The notes under the pieces are model-generated. The model made no database searches and was not told the origin of the DNA. It was given only the letters and a program-made list of their open reading frames with translations. Of a stretch of DNA of 64,000 bases, positions 25,743 to 39,404 are shown in pieces. The stretch's first letter is position 1. Each line of letters begins with the position of its first letter. The position numbers and the translations under genes were made by a program. The stretch is from Octopus vulgaris. Its lineage: Eukaryota. The DNA lies in contig OX597816.1 in the NCBI GenBank assembly GCA_951406725.2, positions 128,340,001-128,404,000 of the forward strand, in the 5' to 3' direction.

Positions 25743-26195
25743 ATCATTGCTATATCTTTTTATATATAAAATTAGCAATGAATTAGACTCATATCAATGT
25801 TATAAACTGCTAATTTGTAAGTTAAATGTAAGCAAAATACAACATAAGAATATATAGTATATTTTCCAGAACGAACTTAACTGTGTACAATAGTATCTGA
25901 CCATCTCCTTTGTATTGTTCTTTCTGAGAAGAAATCACTTAGGTTGTTTCCTATTATTTTGTTAACAGATTGTCAAACACTTTTCCACTTTTCATTATAT
26001 TCTCTTTGAAACTTTTTCAAAAGCCTAAATAAACCTTACACTCCACTACAATGTACTTTTAAAATTTCATTCATTATGTGTAAATTGTGTTCTCACTCAA
26101 GTTGCTAGTCAAATAATGAAATGTTTTTATAAAAACAAAAATGTTGAAAAAAATAAATAAATACTTAGCTTCTGCTTGTTCAACATTTTTGTATT

Positions 26196-26247
<52 letters not shown>

Positions 26248-26547
26248 CTTATTTTTGATTTAATTATTTTTTTATAAGATGGAATTGGTCACTAAATGGA
26301 TTTGACATTACTTTAATCTCAATACTGTAAATAAAAAAAAATGTAGGTAAACATACAATTTAATTGTTTGAAATAATTTGAATAGCTTCCATTCATTCAC
26401 CCTTTTCTTACTTTTTCTTTAGCAGACATCTTAAAAATAAAAGCTTTGGTCTTCAAGTAAAATAATATAGCAATTACCAGATATAAATAATCATACTTTA
26501 TTTCCAAAAATCTTTCAGATTTACAGCCTGTAATACTGTCATATTTT

Positions 26548-27160
26548 TTTAACATCTTTCACCTGCGCTGCCTCCGAAAAATCCTCCACATCAAATGGCA
26601 GAATCATATCCCCAACAAAGATGTCCTCAGGCAAGCAGGAATACCAAGCATGTTTGCACTCCTCACACAAAGACGTATGAGATGGCTTGGGCATGTTAGC
26701 CGTATGAAAGATGGCAGAATCCCCAAGGACATACTCTACGGAGAGCTTGCTAGGGGTACTATGTCTGTGGGTAGACCGATCTTACGTTACAAGGATGTTT
26801 GCAAAAGGGATATGAAGGCCTGCAACATCAACATTAGCGGTTGGGAGGCAGTCGCCGGCAACCGTGGAGAATGGCGACGTACAGTAAAAGAGGGTATACA
26901 GAGGAGTGACAGAAAGAGAGAGGAGAAATGGAAAGAAAGGAAGAGACATAAACAAGAGACCATGGCACTACAACCAGCCAGGAACAGTCTTCGCTACATT
27001 TGCAGTACCTGCCAGAGGGAGTGTTTGTCCAGGATAGGACTACACAGCCACAGCAAGAAATGTAACAGGAAATAAAATATAACAGCCGGACTAGACCTAG
27101 AAAAAAAAAAAAAAAAAATGCGCAACTCCATTGTCTCCCGAGACAGAAAGGATGCCAAAC
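26548..27160 (+). mobile_element. RTE-clade LINE 3' end, 5'-truncated, young
   Basis: Uninterrupted frame FHLRCLRKILHIKWQ...RRMRWLGHVSRMKDGRIPKDILYGEL...GRPILRYKD...CSTCQRECLSRIGLHSH (C2H2-like). 3' hairpin TGTCTC-CC-GAGACA. Confidence 0.93.
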
Positions 27161-29099
27161 CATACTTCTAAGAAGAATACATTGCCTATATGTTTCAATT
27201 TCTTCCTAAAATAAGCAAAAAATTCTAGAGAGGGATGAATAAAATAACTTTTTTCATTTGGTAGTCTATTTTTCCTTTATTTGGAACACATCTTAAGGAT
27301 ATATTCTCAGATGACACTATGGTCAGATTTTTACTGAATAAAATCTTGCATTGTTTTTGTTTTTTTTTTGTAATAAGACTACGATCAAGATTTCAATATT
27401 AATTTCAATTCAAAACAAGTAGGTTTTGTGGTCTTGTTCATAGCATGAGGCCAGAGTCTGTTTCAGACTAGTTGTTACCAGAAGGACTAATAACAATTAC
27501 AAGCTATTAAAAAAAATATATATGATAGTGAGGTTAATAATGGATTAAGTTTTTAATGCAGGTATGCATAAAGATTAGTTTCTTGCACATTTCTATGCTC
27601 TATTTATGTATGATTTAAAGGAATTTTCGGCCCCACTGACTATTCTGCATCTTCCATATAACCATGCTTTCCATCTATTCATTCATACCATCAACCATTT
27701 CATTTGTTCACTATCCCCTCTTCTGCACTCTGATATGTACCAGTCCTGTTTCCTTGTTCTTTTCCACCTTCAATCCACCTATTGCCTGTTTCTTAACCCT
27801 TTACACCCAACAGTTCAAGTGGCTATCATTAGACTTCCACTTACATAGCCCAACTAATAAGCACTGACACTCTGACCTAATCCCTAATGTCCATTTTGCA
27901 CCATTGAGTATAGTCACATAGTCGTAACTCTACTCTATGACCTATCAGTCACCTAAACTGCACATTTGATGACACCCACACTGCTGATGTCAAAATTGTA
28001 TTCATTATAGTCATTAACTCCTTCCACTCACTCTAATAGCTTATCTCATCCACTATTGACAACTTCCTGCACCTCACTGTTTCTTTTAACCCTTTCACTC
28101 TCTCCAACCAAACTCTAACAAACTTTGTTCACCTACCTTGATGTCATCTACATTGATATCATCTCATCACATACTATTCACACCAAATTTGCTAATCTCT
28201 TCTCACAATTCTTCTAAGACAGAATTTGAGGTCTTATCAAGTGGTTATTTCTTCCTACAAAGTGATTACTCCCAGCTGACTGCTGATACTGATCTCTTTC
28301 ACATCCTCACTCACAGCTCAATTTTACTGTTCTGTGCCTTCCCCATCATGCTCCATCCCACAACCCAACTTCTCCTATAACACTTCCATCTTCTTTAATC
28401 TGACCCTGCAAACCCTGACATCTTTTGTAATATGACTCTTTACTGACATCACTTCAATCTTTTAGCTAACCTTCTGGTTCACCTTTCATTCACCTGAGCC
28501 ATATCCTACCAACTCCCAATTTAACTTCAACTGTAGTCCCTTCATCCAGCACAGCATCAATTTACATGCATCTGGGTTATTTCTCATAGCATGTGCTAAC
28601 TACTCCATACATACCATTTGTAATGGAAACCAGCTCTGGTGCACTATATACAGAGGAGAGTCATTAGAGATTGAGTGATGATTTTAGAGATTTTGGAGAC
28701 ACCTAATGCAAAAATACCAAATCACTTAGGCTTGGAGGAGAACAGTTCAGTTCTTCATTTTTTTGCATTTTGCTGTTTATGATATTATGCAACCCATGGT
28801 ATTCCTATCATCCAGCTTCATCATGAACAAGAATTAATCTTCTACTTATGTACAGCTTGCCTTGCTGATATTAATGACCAACTTGTATTAATGACAACAT
28901 CCCTAAGTAACCATAATAAAAGCTTACACTTACAATTCATATTTCTCTCTTCCACTCATATGTTTGCATATAATTCACCACCTATTTTCCATCTACGCAC
29001 TTATATACATTTCCAATCATCCAATACACATCCATCTGTGTTATGTCTCTTATTCATACCGCCCACATATTACCACTGCTTTCAACTATCCCACAGATT

Positions 29100-29300
29100 T
29101 ATACATAGAGGGAACAATCAAGAACAGACAAAGGGATTAAGTCGACTACATCGACCTCAGTGTGTAACTGGTACTTATTTAATCAACCCCAGAAGGATGA
29201 AAGGCAAAGTCGACCTCAGTGGAATTTGAACTCAGAAAATAATGGCAGACAAAATACTGCAAGGCTTTTCGCCTGGAGTGCTATTGATTCTGCCAGCTCA
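29100..29300 (-). mobile_element. SINE family A
   Basis: Same sequence as 131-359. Confidence 0.85.
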
Positions 29301-29779
29301 ATCCTACACATTTATTCCCTGCTATTGCATACACACCACGTCAACTTAACATTCATTATGCTATTACACATTTAATTTCTGTTATAACGGATGCACATTT
29401 GCACTTTACACCATCCACCTCAATACTCACACATATATCCATCGACTATGACTCCACATCACTTACTAATATCATATTTTACGCATTCTATGACACATTT
29501 ATTCTCCACTGTTGTATACTCACCACACATTTGTACTTAGCCTTGTCCACATTATTCACTTTCTATTTGCTTATACACACAAACATACTTCACTCATCTA
29601 TATTCTCCCATGCTTGTAACATAAATAAACATATGCCCCTTCACTCTATCTTCCCACAGTAGTCAAGCTTATTTCACTTGCTTTATACTCATTCTTCTAT
29701 GCTGTAAAACAACCTTTTTACTCGACTCATTTGTCTTCTGCTGTTAAAGCCTATTGCGAGTCTGATCTTACAACATGTA

Positions 29780-30648
29780 CAAGAGTAGGCTGAAAAGTTA
29801 ATAGGCTGACTCATATGAAGGAGTGATGCTAGAGCCGGGAAATCACACATGCACTAATTTCAACTCTTTTTATTAATGACTGCATTATTTCTTTCCAGGA
29901 AAACGGACATCTGACTGTTCAAAGAAGACTTCAAAACTAACTTGTATTGACTTGAAAATCGACAAAATTTGGCACTTGAGGCAGATCCAGCTGGTTTCCT
30001 TAAATGCTTCCTAACCTAAAATGAGTGTTGGCTTTATCACTTTGAGCCTGAGACAAAAAGACAATCCATTCAGTGGAAACACTCTCTCTCACCTGCCTCA
30101 AAGAAGGCCAAAGTTGTTTCATCTACAGGGAATGTTTTTGGGGGTATTCAAAAAGCATTGTGTTTATTGAATTTCTTCAAAAGGGCCACACCATCAATGG
30201 AGAGAACTATACCAACCTATACCAACTCACTGAGGAGGTTCTTAAAGGCTACCAAAACCAAACACCCAGGAAAACTGTCAAAAGGGATCTTGTTTCATCA
30301 GGACAATGCTCCAGCACACAAGTCGTTGCTTTCAGAGACTGCTATATGTACACTGAGGTTTTGAACTGGTTGATTAGCCTGATTTGTCCCCATATGTCTA
30401 TCCTCTGTTCCCCAACATGGAAAATCACTTGGCTGGGAAGCTTCATAGCAGTGATGATGATGTCATATCTGGTGCTGATGACTTTTTTGACCAACAGGAT
30501 GAAAGCTTCTTTTCTAATGGGATCTAAATGACACTGATAGAAGAAGTATCTGGACAGAAAAAGGGCTATGTTGAGAAATAAACCTAATTTGGTCACATAC
30601 TCCATGAGAGTATCTTGGTCAGCCTATGAACTTTTAAGTTTACCCTCA
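29780..30648 (+). mobile_element. Internally deleted mariner, same family as 2617-3870
   Basis: Same TIRs (CAAGAGTAGGCTGAAAAGTTAATAGGCTGAC ... GTCAGCCTATGAACTTTTAAGTTTACCCTCA); ILFHQDNAPAH; HTH region deleted near 29975. Confidence 0.9.
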
Positions 30649-31097
30649 GGACTGCCTGCTGTGCTAACCTTGGATCATAGAGTGACTCGCTGTTCTTGAG
30701 GAGACCTATTGAGTCAAGTACGTCAACACCAACATCAAAATAAAAATCAAATGGAAATTGTAGTTAAGATACCTGTGCTGGTGACACATAAAAAGCACCG
30801 TCTGAATGTGGCAGATGCCAGCACCACCTGACTGGCGTCCGTGTCAGTGACACATCAAAGCACCAACCAACCGTGGCTGTTTTCCAGCCTCCTCTGGCCC
30901 CTGTGCCAGTGGCACATAAAAAGCATCCACTACACTCACAGAGTGGTTGGCGTTAGGAAGGGCATCCAGCTGTAGAAACACTGCCAGATTAGACTGGAGC
31001 CTGGTGCAGCCTCCTGGCTTCCCAGACCCCAGTCGAACCGTCCAACCCATGCTAGCATGGAAAACAGACGTTAAACGAGGATGATGATGATGATGAT
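30649..31097 (+). mobile_element. SINE family B, abutting the mariner right TIR
   Basis: Ends CATGGAAAACAGACGTTAAACGAG(GAT)n. Confidence 0.88.
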
Positions 31098-32631
31098 ATC
31101 TCCATCCATCAGTTTTGGTGGAGGACAACTGTCTAAACCATTGATTTGCTTCTTTTCTTGTCCTTCACTGCATAATTACTTTGACTTTGTACTTTTGTTT
31201 GCTGTTTCTGATATTTTTCTATTTTCATCTTGTTTTTCCTTGTGTCATGTCCAGATATAATTATCATGCTGATGCAGAATCAACTTGAATTAACACTGGA
31301 TTTGTTAATTTCTTATTTTAAAAAAATAACGTTCAAAATTAACTTTTAATGATCACTCTTGCAATTCACTAACCATATTTTGTTACTGTTATATTGGAAA
31401 CTGATGAGAAGAAAGAACTATGCTATTTCAGAATACTAGTGACAAGAGGGCTGCTGAAGTACTTTTCTAGAAAGGTTAAAACCAAATTATTCAGTTCAAT
31501 CTAAATATGAATTTGAGACATTAGTTTAAAATCTGTCAGTATTGTACTAAATGAAATGTAGAATATTTAATTTGAGAAACAAAATGATACCTTTGAGCTT
31601 TGAAATTTGAATCATTATGACAAAGCAAAGTGAAATGGATTCCATGATCATCAGAGTATTAATAGTGATGATTGAATCTAATTATGAAACAGAATTGTTA
31701 AAAAACAAAAATTGACTGAGGGCTAATGAAATGAAATGAAAAAAGATGATAGATTATAGATATAAAAGTTGAGAACAAAAAATAAAGTAAATGAAAGTGA
31801 AAAGGACAAGAAATAAAACAAGTAAAGCAACTAGAAATAAAAAGAAAGAAATGAATGTAGAAAAATTGATGATGCTGATGAAATTGGAGCATCAGACAGT
31901 TAAGAGACATAAAATAAGCTGCCGATGAAGATTAATTTTATATTCCTTCCCTGCACTAGAATCTGACACCTTGCCATATGAACTATATTAACATTCTAAT
32001 GCACCATAAAATAGTCTTTTACATTTCTAATATAAAGTTTTTATGTAAAAAGATGTGATCTGATCTGCAATCATATAATCCCTGTTATAATCTCCATGGA
32101 ACAAAACAGTATTAAGCATGGACTGATAAACAGGACTTACTAAAAGTGAGATTTGCAATTTCTTATGTCTTTTGACTAAGAAAGGATAGAGATTAATTCT
32201 ATAAATCCACTATGATACAGCAATTGACTTTCTCATTGGAATAAATGGAATATAATTTTATCAAGTAAATGCATGGGAATCCCAAGATAAGAACAAAGGA
32301 ATCATTTTAGTCATGCATGGCTGATTTGCAACTACCATTAACATCTATTTAATCTCCACTTGATCTGCAGTTTAATGATGTAAACATCTAAAGATGTATC
32401 TGGTGATTTTGTTTCTCTATTCAGTAGCTAATCTTTGGCTTTGCAATAATTGTCAGAAATTGATTCTCCCAACCACTTTGAAGAATCAAACATGTAAGAA
32501 GAAATAAGGTGCCCCACTTTCGATTACTGATCAAAGTTTTAACACTTCTCCACTCATCTTTAATGCTTATTTCATGTTAGCTCTAGTATGCTTTATCCCT
32601 AACAAGTAATTTTGCCATAAATTAAGAGCAA

Positions 32632-34261
32632 AGTTATAAAAATTAATATACTATATCAAATGTCATTATCATAATAACAAGAACAGCTGACAGGAAGAAG
32701 GATAAGAATCTTTGAATAAATAAAGATGTTTTAATCAACTATGATAAAAGTAAAGATTTGTAACTCAAAGGATATGAACATGAAAAGTAGAAATGGTGGC
32801 CAATACTGAAGTTAAAATGGGAAATTAGGGAAGTAAAAGATATATGGTTTACCAAAAGCATGATGATATGGAGCAAATAACCTGTGTAAAGTATAACCAA
32901 TGGTTCAGAATCTCAACAAAGAATGGGTTTTTGAAGGTGTTTAAAAAAAAACAGTTGACTAAGACAAATGAATAAACTGGTGACAGGAAGAACATCCAAT
33001 TATAGAAAATCTACTTTAATAAATTCAATCTAACTGATGGAAGCATGGAAAAGTGGACATTAAAACAATGATGATGATGGTGATGACAATGATGATGATG
33101 ATGATGATAACGGTGATGATGACAATGATAATGATGCTGCTGATGATGATGATGACGATGATGACAATGATGACAATAACAATGATGATGATGGCAATGA
33201 TGACAATGACGATAACGATGACAATGATGAGAACAATGGCGATGACAATGATGACAATGACAACGATGACAATGATAACAATGACAATAATAATAATGAT
33301 GACAGTGAAGATGACAACGATGACGACGACGATGATAATAATAATAATACTGTGTAAAACTTTATAGCCACACAGCAGAGGTTGATAATAGTTATGTGCT
33401 AAAACAATTAAGAAGATAAATTCTCTAATATACAAGGGCCAGAAATCACCTCTGAAGAAGTTGCCCAAACAGTCAGGAAGCAAAGCTAAAATATCATAAA
33501 TCATTTGGAATAGATAATGAAAGTGTAGAATTGTGAAACCAGGGAGGTGGGTATAGTGCTAAGATTTGCTGGAAAATTTGTAAAAGTGTCCTGGCATGTA
33601 AATGGACACAATCAAATGTTGTACCATTGCCAAAGAAAGGAACCACCAAAAAGTGTTACAGCAACCAAATGAGTGTAATTAGCCATCCAAGGAAGGATTT
33701 TCTATATGGTTTATTTGATTAGATGAAACCAAGATTAATAATGATAGTGAGATGCAAACTGTTTCCTAGAAGGAAGAAATACTGTTGTGCAAATTTGTAA
33801 TGTTAATATTCTAGCAGAAAAATATTTGGAATATCAATTAGATATTTATCATCGCTGGTTTTAGAAAGGCTTTTAATTGTGTGTGGTATAGAATATTACA
33901 ACTTAGGAGAAAATGAAACATCAGCCCACCAATAGTAAATACTATAAAGACATTATATGAACATGTAGAAAGTCTGGCTTGGGTTAGAAATCCTCTAAGT
34001 AACTTGTTTAAAGCAATTGTTGGTAGCAGACAATTGTGTTTCTTCACCAAGCCTTTCCAGTGTTTTTATTATACAATGCTAATCACTTAAAGTGAAGAGG
34101 AGATGTGAAAGAGGGAAACCCAAAAAGAGTTACAAATCTTTTCTTTTATCATAGTTGATTAAAACATCTTTATTTACTCAAAGATTCTTATCCTTCTTCC
34201 TGTCAGCTGTTCTTGTTATTATGATAATGACATTTGATATAGTATATTAATTGTTATAACT
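32632..34261. repeat. 135-bp inverted duplication (32632-32766 and 34127-34261)
   Basis: Reverse-complement match with about three mismatches by eye. Confidence 0.9.
32975..33348 (+). repeat. Family B-type 3' end with an expanded, degenerate GAT/GAC/AAT tail
   Basis: CATGGAAAAGTGGACATTAAAAC followed by about 280 bp of mixed triplets. Confidence 0.8.
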
Positions 34262-34264
34262 ATT

Positions 34265-34610
34265 GAAGGCCAATCTCAAAATGCTGAGCCTTAAGAAGGA
34301 GATGGCAGAGGACCAATATATGTGGTGCATTGTTGTACTTGAGAAGACCTACATCCCACAACAGAATTGAGATCCTAAAACCAAGGTACCACATAAAAAG
34401 CATTTGTGTGGGTACTAGTGCCATGTAAAATGTACCCATTACACTCTGTAAAGTGGTTGGCATTAGGAAGGGCATCTAACTTTAGAAACCAAGTCAAAAC
34501 AGACTATGGAGCTTGGTGTGGCACCTGGCCTTGCCAGTTGCAGTCAAGCCATCCAACCCATGCCAGCTAAGGAAAATGGATGTTAAATAATGATGATGAT
34601 GATGATGATG
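34265..34610 (+). mobile_element. SINE family B, old copy
   Basis: GTGGTTGGCATTAGGAAGGGCATC...GGAAAATGGATGTTAAATAAT(GAT)n. Confidence 0.8.
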
Positions 34611-35215
34611 ACAGAAGCTCTAAACTCATTTACAAGAAATATTAAAGAATGAGGTAGAGAAGTCAGTAATGTATTTTGTCAATAGCGTTGAGTTGAAAAG
34701 GTACAATGATGGTTAATTGAAATAAGTTTGAAAAAAAATGAATATAATTAGCAAAAAAAACTGAAGAGTTGATCTAAATAAAATTGTAGGAAAGATACTC
34801 AAACAAGCTGATGGATTTAAATGAAAGATGTGAAATCAAAGAATGAGGTAAAATAATAATTCTATTAGGTACCTTAGCTTTAATAGAATTAGATACTGTT
34901 TAGGAAAAATAAAAAAATTACAACAAAATCCGTGCTTTAAGAGTAAAATTAAAACTGCTTTAGCCTCTCAAATTCCTGATATCAACTCACTTCTTTCTTC
35001 CTCCTGTTCTCTACTCCAGGAGTGACCTCATCTAATTTCAAAGTTAATATTTTTTTGTTTAGTTGCATGAAGAAATTTTGTGAAAGCCATTCAGAATTGG
35101 CTTGGTACACCTACGTTTTAGTACCCTTGTTAACTAATGACAGGGTAAGATATTACTTTTAGTTCTTCTGTTCCTAGAGTAAATAAGGACCAGTCACTAT
35201 TACAAAAAACCTATG

Positions 35216-35428
35216 AAGGCAGCAAACTGGCAGAATTGTTAGCATGCTGGACAAAATATATAGTGGTATTTTGTCCACCTTTACATTCTGAGTTCAAAAA
35301 TCTGCTGAGGTTGCCTCACAACCTTTCAGGGTTGATAGAATAAGTAGCAACTGAGCACTGGGGTCAGTCTAATCAACTAGTCCCACCCCCAAAATTTCAG
35401 GTTTTGTATCTATAGTAGAAAGGATTAT
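35216..35428 (+). mobile_element. SINE family A
   Basis: AAGGCAGCAAACTGGCAGAATTGTTAGC...GTAGAAAGGATTATT. Confidence 0.8.
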
Positions 35429-35897
35429 TCTAAAAACTTATAGTATCATTGCAATTCTGTTTCAACAAAGAAGACTTCTATATTTTAAAAACTTTGGAGA
35501 TTTTAAGATACTGAATTCATATATTTATTTGCTAAAATGTTTGTTTATAAGGAAGAAAAATTAATAATAAAATCTTTTGAAAGTCTATTTTTAACTCTAA
35601 TATTTATATCTCATTTCCCCTGCTGCCAGAGATAAAATTGATGTGAATGTATGAGTTATTAGTTGCCTTTCTTACCTCTAACCACTCAATAGTGTAAGAG
35701 AATTGCTTTTTATATTTTCAGTTTAGTTAAAGTTTTCTGAAAGATGCAAAAAAAAAAAAATTGTTAAACAAGCTCGCCACCATGCTACATGCTTCAGTCA
35801 GGCAAGATGTCATTTATAAATATATGATCCAAACTGAAAACAGATGTTGTTCTAAGTCAGCCCTAGTCAGACCAGCCAACGATCAAAAGCATTCGTT

Positions 35898-36125
35898 GTC
35901 ATCATCATTTAACAGCCAATTTCCCTACTGGAATGGGTTGGACAATTTGACAGAAGTTGGCAAGGCAGAGAGCTGCACCAGGCATCAATTGTCTGTTTGG
36001 TATGATTTCTACTGTTCAACACCCTTCTTAATGCCAACCACTTCACAGAGTGTACTGGATGCACCAGTGCTTTATATGTGGCACCAGTATCAGTAAATTT
36101 TATGTGACACCAGCACCTGTGCACT
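35898..36125 (-). mobile_element. SINE family B, old copy
   Basis: CATCATCATTTAACAGCC...CCTTCTTAATGCCAACCACTT. Confidence 0.7.
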
Positions 36126-36493
36126 CAGGTGCTGAAAGGTATAGTTTACCCAAGAATACATTATTCTGTGTCTTCTCCCATTCTTTTTTAAACAGACAAG
36201 TGGCAGGAGCAACACATTAGCATAATATATGATAAGAAGTCTCTCTAACCATATTAGTTTAGAACTTAAAAGGAATAACACTGAGACAAGAGATAAGTTT
36301 CAAATAGAAAACAACAAAATCAAGAATGCTGCAAAATTTAATAAAATGGTTTCTATGGCAATATAGCTTTCCTCCTGACAACCATATGAAATTCAAACAG
36401 TAAATGGATTAAATTTGTTCTCTATAAAGCATTTACACCTTTAAATGCTTTGTTTAGATGTATGTATGTATGTATGTATGTATGTATGTATGC

Positions 36494-36527
<34 letters not shown>

Positions 36528-36838
36528 ATTTATGTGTGTATATGTATTCATGTATGTTTTGGATATATAAATGTGTATGTATATTCGTGTGTTTGTACAT
36601 ATATGTGTGTGTATAAATATATATACATGTATATATACACAAATATGTATACATAAATATATATACATATATATATAAATATAACAGTTATTAGTGATGG
36701 ATAATCAATCCGAGCAAAATACTTTATAAGCTCTCTAACAATATTGTTTAGATTAGTAAAGAACTCCACATCTTGCAGCATTTTATATTGTAAACCCGTA
36801 GTTTCGTAATGATCATTATCATTGCCTTGTCTTGTATG

Positions 36839-36908
<70 letters not shown>

Positions 36909-37669
36909 CTTGTATGTGTTTATATATATATATACATGCATACATTTATTGGTGTATGCCACAGAACACAGAACCTTCCAAAACTAGTAACTCTTGAATA
37001 AGCATTATCCTGGTATTATAAGACTACCAATGAACACAATCATGCAATATCAATAAATGTAATAATACAAACCACCATAAACCATTTACGAGAATGAGGT
37101 ACAACTCAGAATAACAAGACCCCAAGATATAAAAGATACCCAAGCATACTAAACATATATTCCCATCATCAGCTCCCTAACAGATATCACTATGGTTTCA
37201 ACATCTGGGCAGTGTCATCCAGTCTGGCAGTGTCAATAGTGTTCAAAACAAACACTGCCTGAGAATAAATAGACAATTGGCAAGTGTCTTCTACAAAACT
37301 TTGCATCAGACAAGGTTTTGTCAGTAGAAACTCAAAGAATCTTGTCCTATACATATATGTGTATGTATGTGTGTGTCTCGCTATCTTTACATCATGCAAT
37401 TGTTGAAAATACAAATTGCCATCAGACCAGTAGTGTCTTTCACTTCCAGTTTGCTGTAATAGCATTTCAGCTACAGGAAAATAATAGCTTGTATAGAAGA
37501 AACTTAATGTTTGTGACAGGGATGGTATCCAACCATAGAAAGTCTACCTCAATGAATTCCATCTGCTCCATACAGGAGTGAAAATATGAATATTTACTGT
37601 TCACAATAAATCGATGATATATATAGATATATATATATATGTATATATATATATGTATATATATATATA

Positions 37670-37854
37670 TAGTTGAAATTTATAGAAAAACAAAAGATGA
37701 AGACAGGTGTATGAACAACAAGCAAATGTATTAGTTTGATGCTCGGGAAAATAAAAAAAAGTATTTTATGTTTCAGGCCTATGCTCTTCAAAAGAAAGAA
37801 ATAAGAGAAAAAAAACAGAGAGGGAATGAAAAAATATTGCAGATTTCAACAGTT

Positions 37855-37856
<2 letters not shown>
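37670..37856 (-). mobile_element. Short (TA)n-embedded element with a degenerate HHR-like motif, related to 9648-9872
   Basis: Shares TGTATTAGYTTGATGCTCRG with 9732-9751. Minus strand TTGAAGAGCATAGGCCTGAAACATA at about 37767-37791. Confidence 0.55.
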
Positions 37857-37895
<39 letters not shown>

Positions 37896-37949
37896 CGTTG
37901 TTTAACATCTGCTTTCCATGTATATATATATATATATTGAGAGAGAGAG

Positions 37950-38215
37950 GGTGGGAGAGAATATGAGGAGTTTACATCAGAATGACAAACTATAGCTATG
38001 CATTCTGAGTGCTCGAATAGGTGTGCCACAAAAATTCCACTTAGAACAGTGATTCAAGTTGTGGTTGAGTGATTGTCCTGTTCAAAAGCTGCTAATGGTG
38101 GCTTCCCTCTGAGTCAGTAGGTATCGGTTAAAGTAGTGAGGAAATGCAAACAATTAGGCAATGCAGGGCAAGGGCATTTAATTTCACTTCATTCAATCTA
38201 AAAATTTAGCTACAT
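37950..38215 (-). mobile_element. Possible LINE C-terminal remnant
   Basis: LTQREATISSF*TGQSLNHNL resembles the LxRRE...RLRTGH motif that precedes a LINE zinc knuckle. Confidence 0.35.
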
Positions 38216-39404
38216 CGGACGTTAAACGATGATGATGATGATGATGATGATAATGAATGGAAAGAATAGTACAGACTGGAAAAGATAGTCTCTGACAGCT
38301 GTTTCTGGATTATCCCAGCTATTGGAGATTGTATAAAGCAAAGACTCTATAAGATGGGTATTCTGTCAAAGGAGAAATATAAGTTAGACAGTGGAAGAAT
38401 GTTCCTCATCAATGATATTCAATATGTTTCATTATATCCAGAAGGGAGGAGGGGTTCAATTAAATCCAGTTGGGTTGGGTCTTCTTTAGGTAAATCCATG
38501 ATCTAAAAGAGTGGTTTAAGTGGTACAGCAAGGTAAGAAGAGGGAAAGAATTGTTATGCAGTACTCTGTATTAAGGGGAAAATGAAATTGAATGCTAGCA
38601 GATCTAGGATTGTACATGGAATAAAGATACATTCTGGTAAGAACAAAGATAAGGTAAGAGATATATATTGGATATATATTTTTCAGTATATTGAAGGGTT
38701 CATTCCAGAGGGAGTATGAATGCTTGCAGTTCCAAAGTTGTGTGAATAATGAGAGGAGGAATGAATAATATATTCTGGTGTGTGAGAAAGAATAAAGAAA
38801 GATAAGTAAAAGCATTGTATTAGATATATAATGCAGAGTATATCAGAGGGTATTCAGTCTTGAGATAAGGGAGAGGAATAAATAATACATTTTAGTATGA
38901 GAAAGATAGGTAGATAAATAGATAAGGATACTGTGGTAGATATACACTAAGCAAGATAATGTGGGGTGTTATTGTTTTGAGAAATTAGGGGGAAAGAATG
39001 GACAAAGGCTAGAAAATTGGCATTCTCATCCAAAGACGTTGGGCGGGGGTGGTGGTGTAAAGACTGACAGATAAGGGAGAGAATAAACAGGGCAGATGCC
39101 AGACTAACAGGACTGGGTATCAAAGAGAGGTTGTAGATAATAAAATGGCCGTAAGAAAGATAAACAAGTGGAGATGTGGTTGATAAATAGCTAAAAAAAT
39201 AAAAATAACAAATAAATGAATTAAAGTTAAAATAAAGTTAACACTTAAAATTAAACATTAAAATTTAGTGTCTATAGCACTAATGGATAAACTATGGGCC
39301 TATGGAGTCTATGTATATACAGAGTAAACTACCCTAAACCCTAGCATGCCCTCAAATAGTACAGCATCCAATCCACATGCAGCGAGCTTTGGTGTACTAG
39401 ATAG

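Noticed and set aside
33025-33504. Poly-M/T, poly-S and poly-I/V ORFs
   Set aside because: Expanded triplet tail of a SINE.
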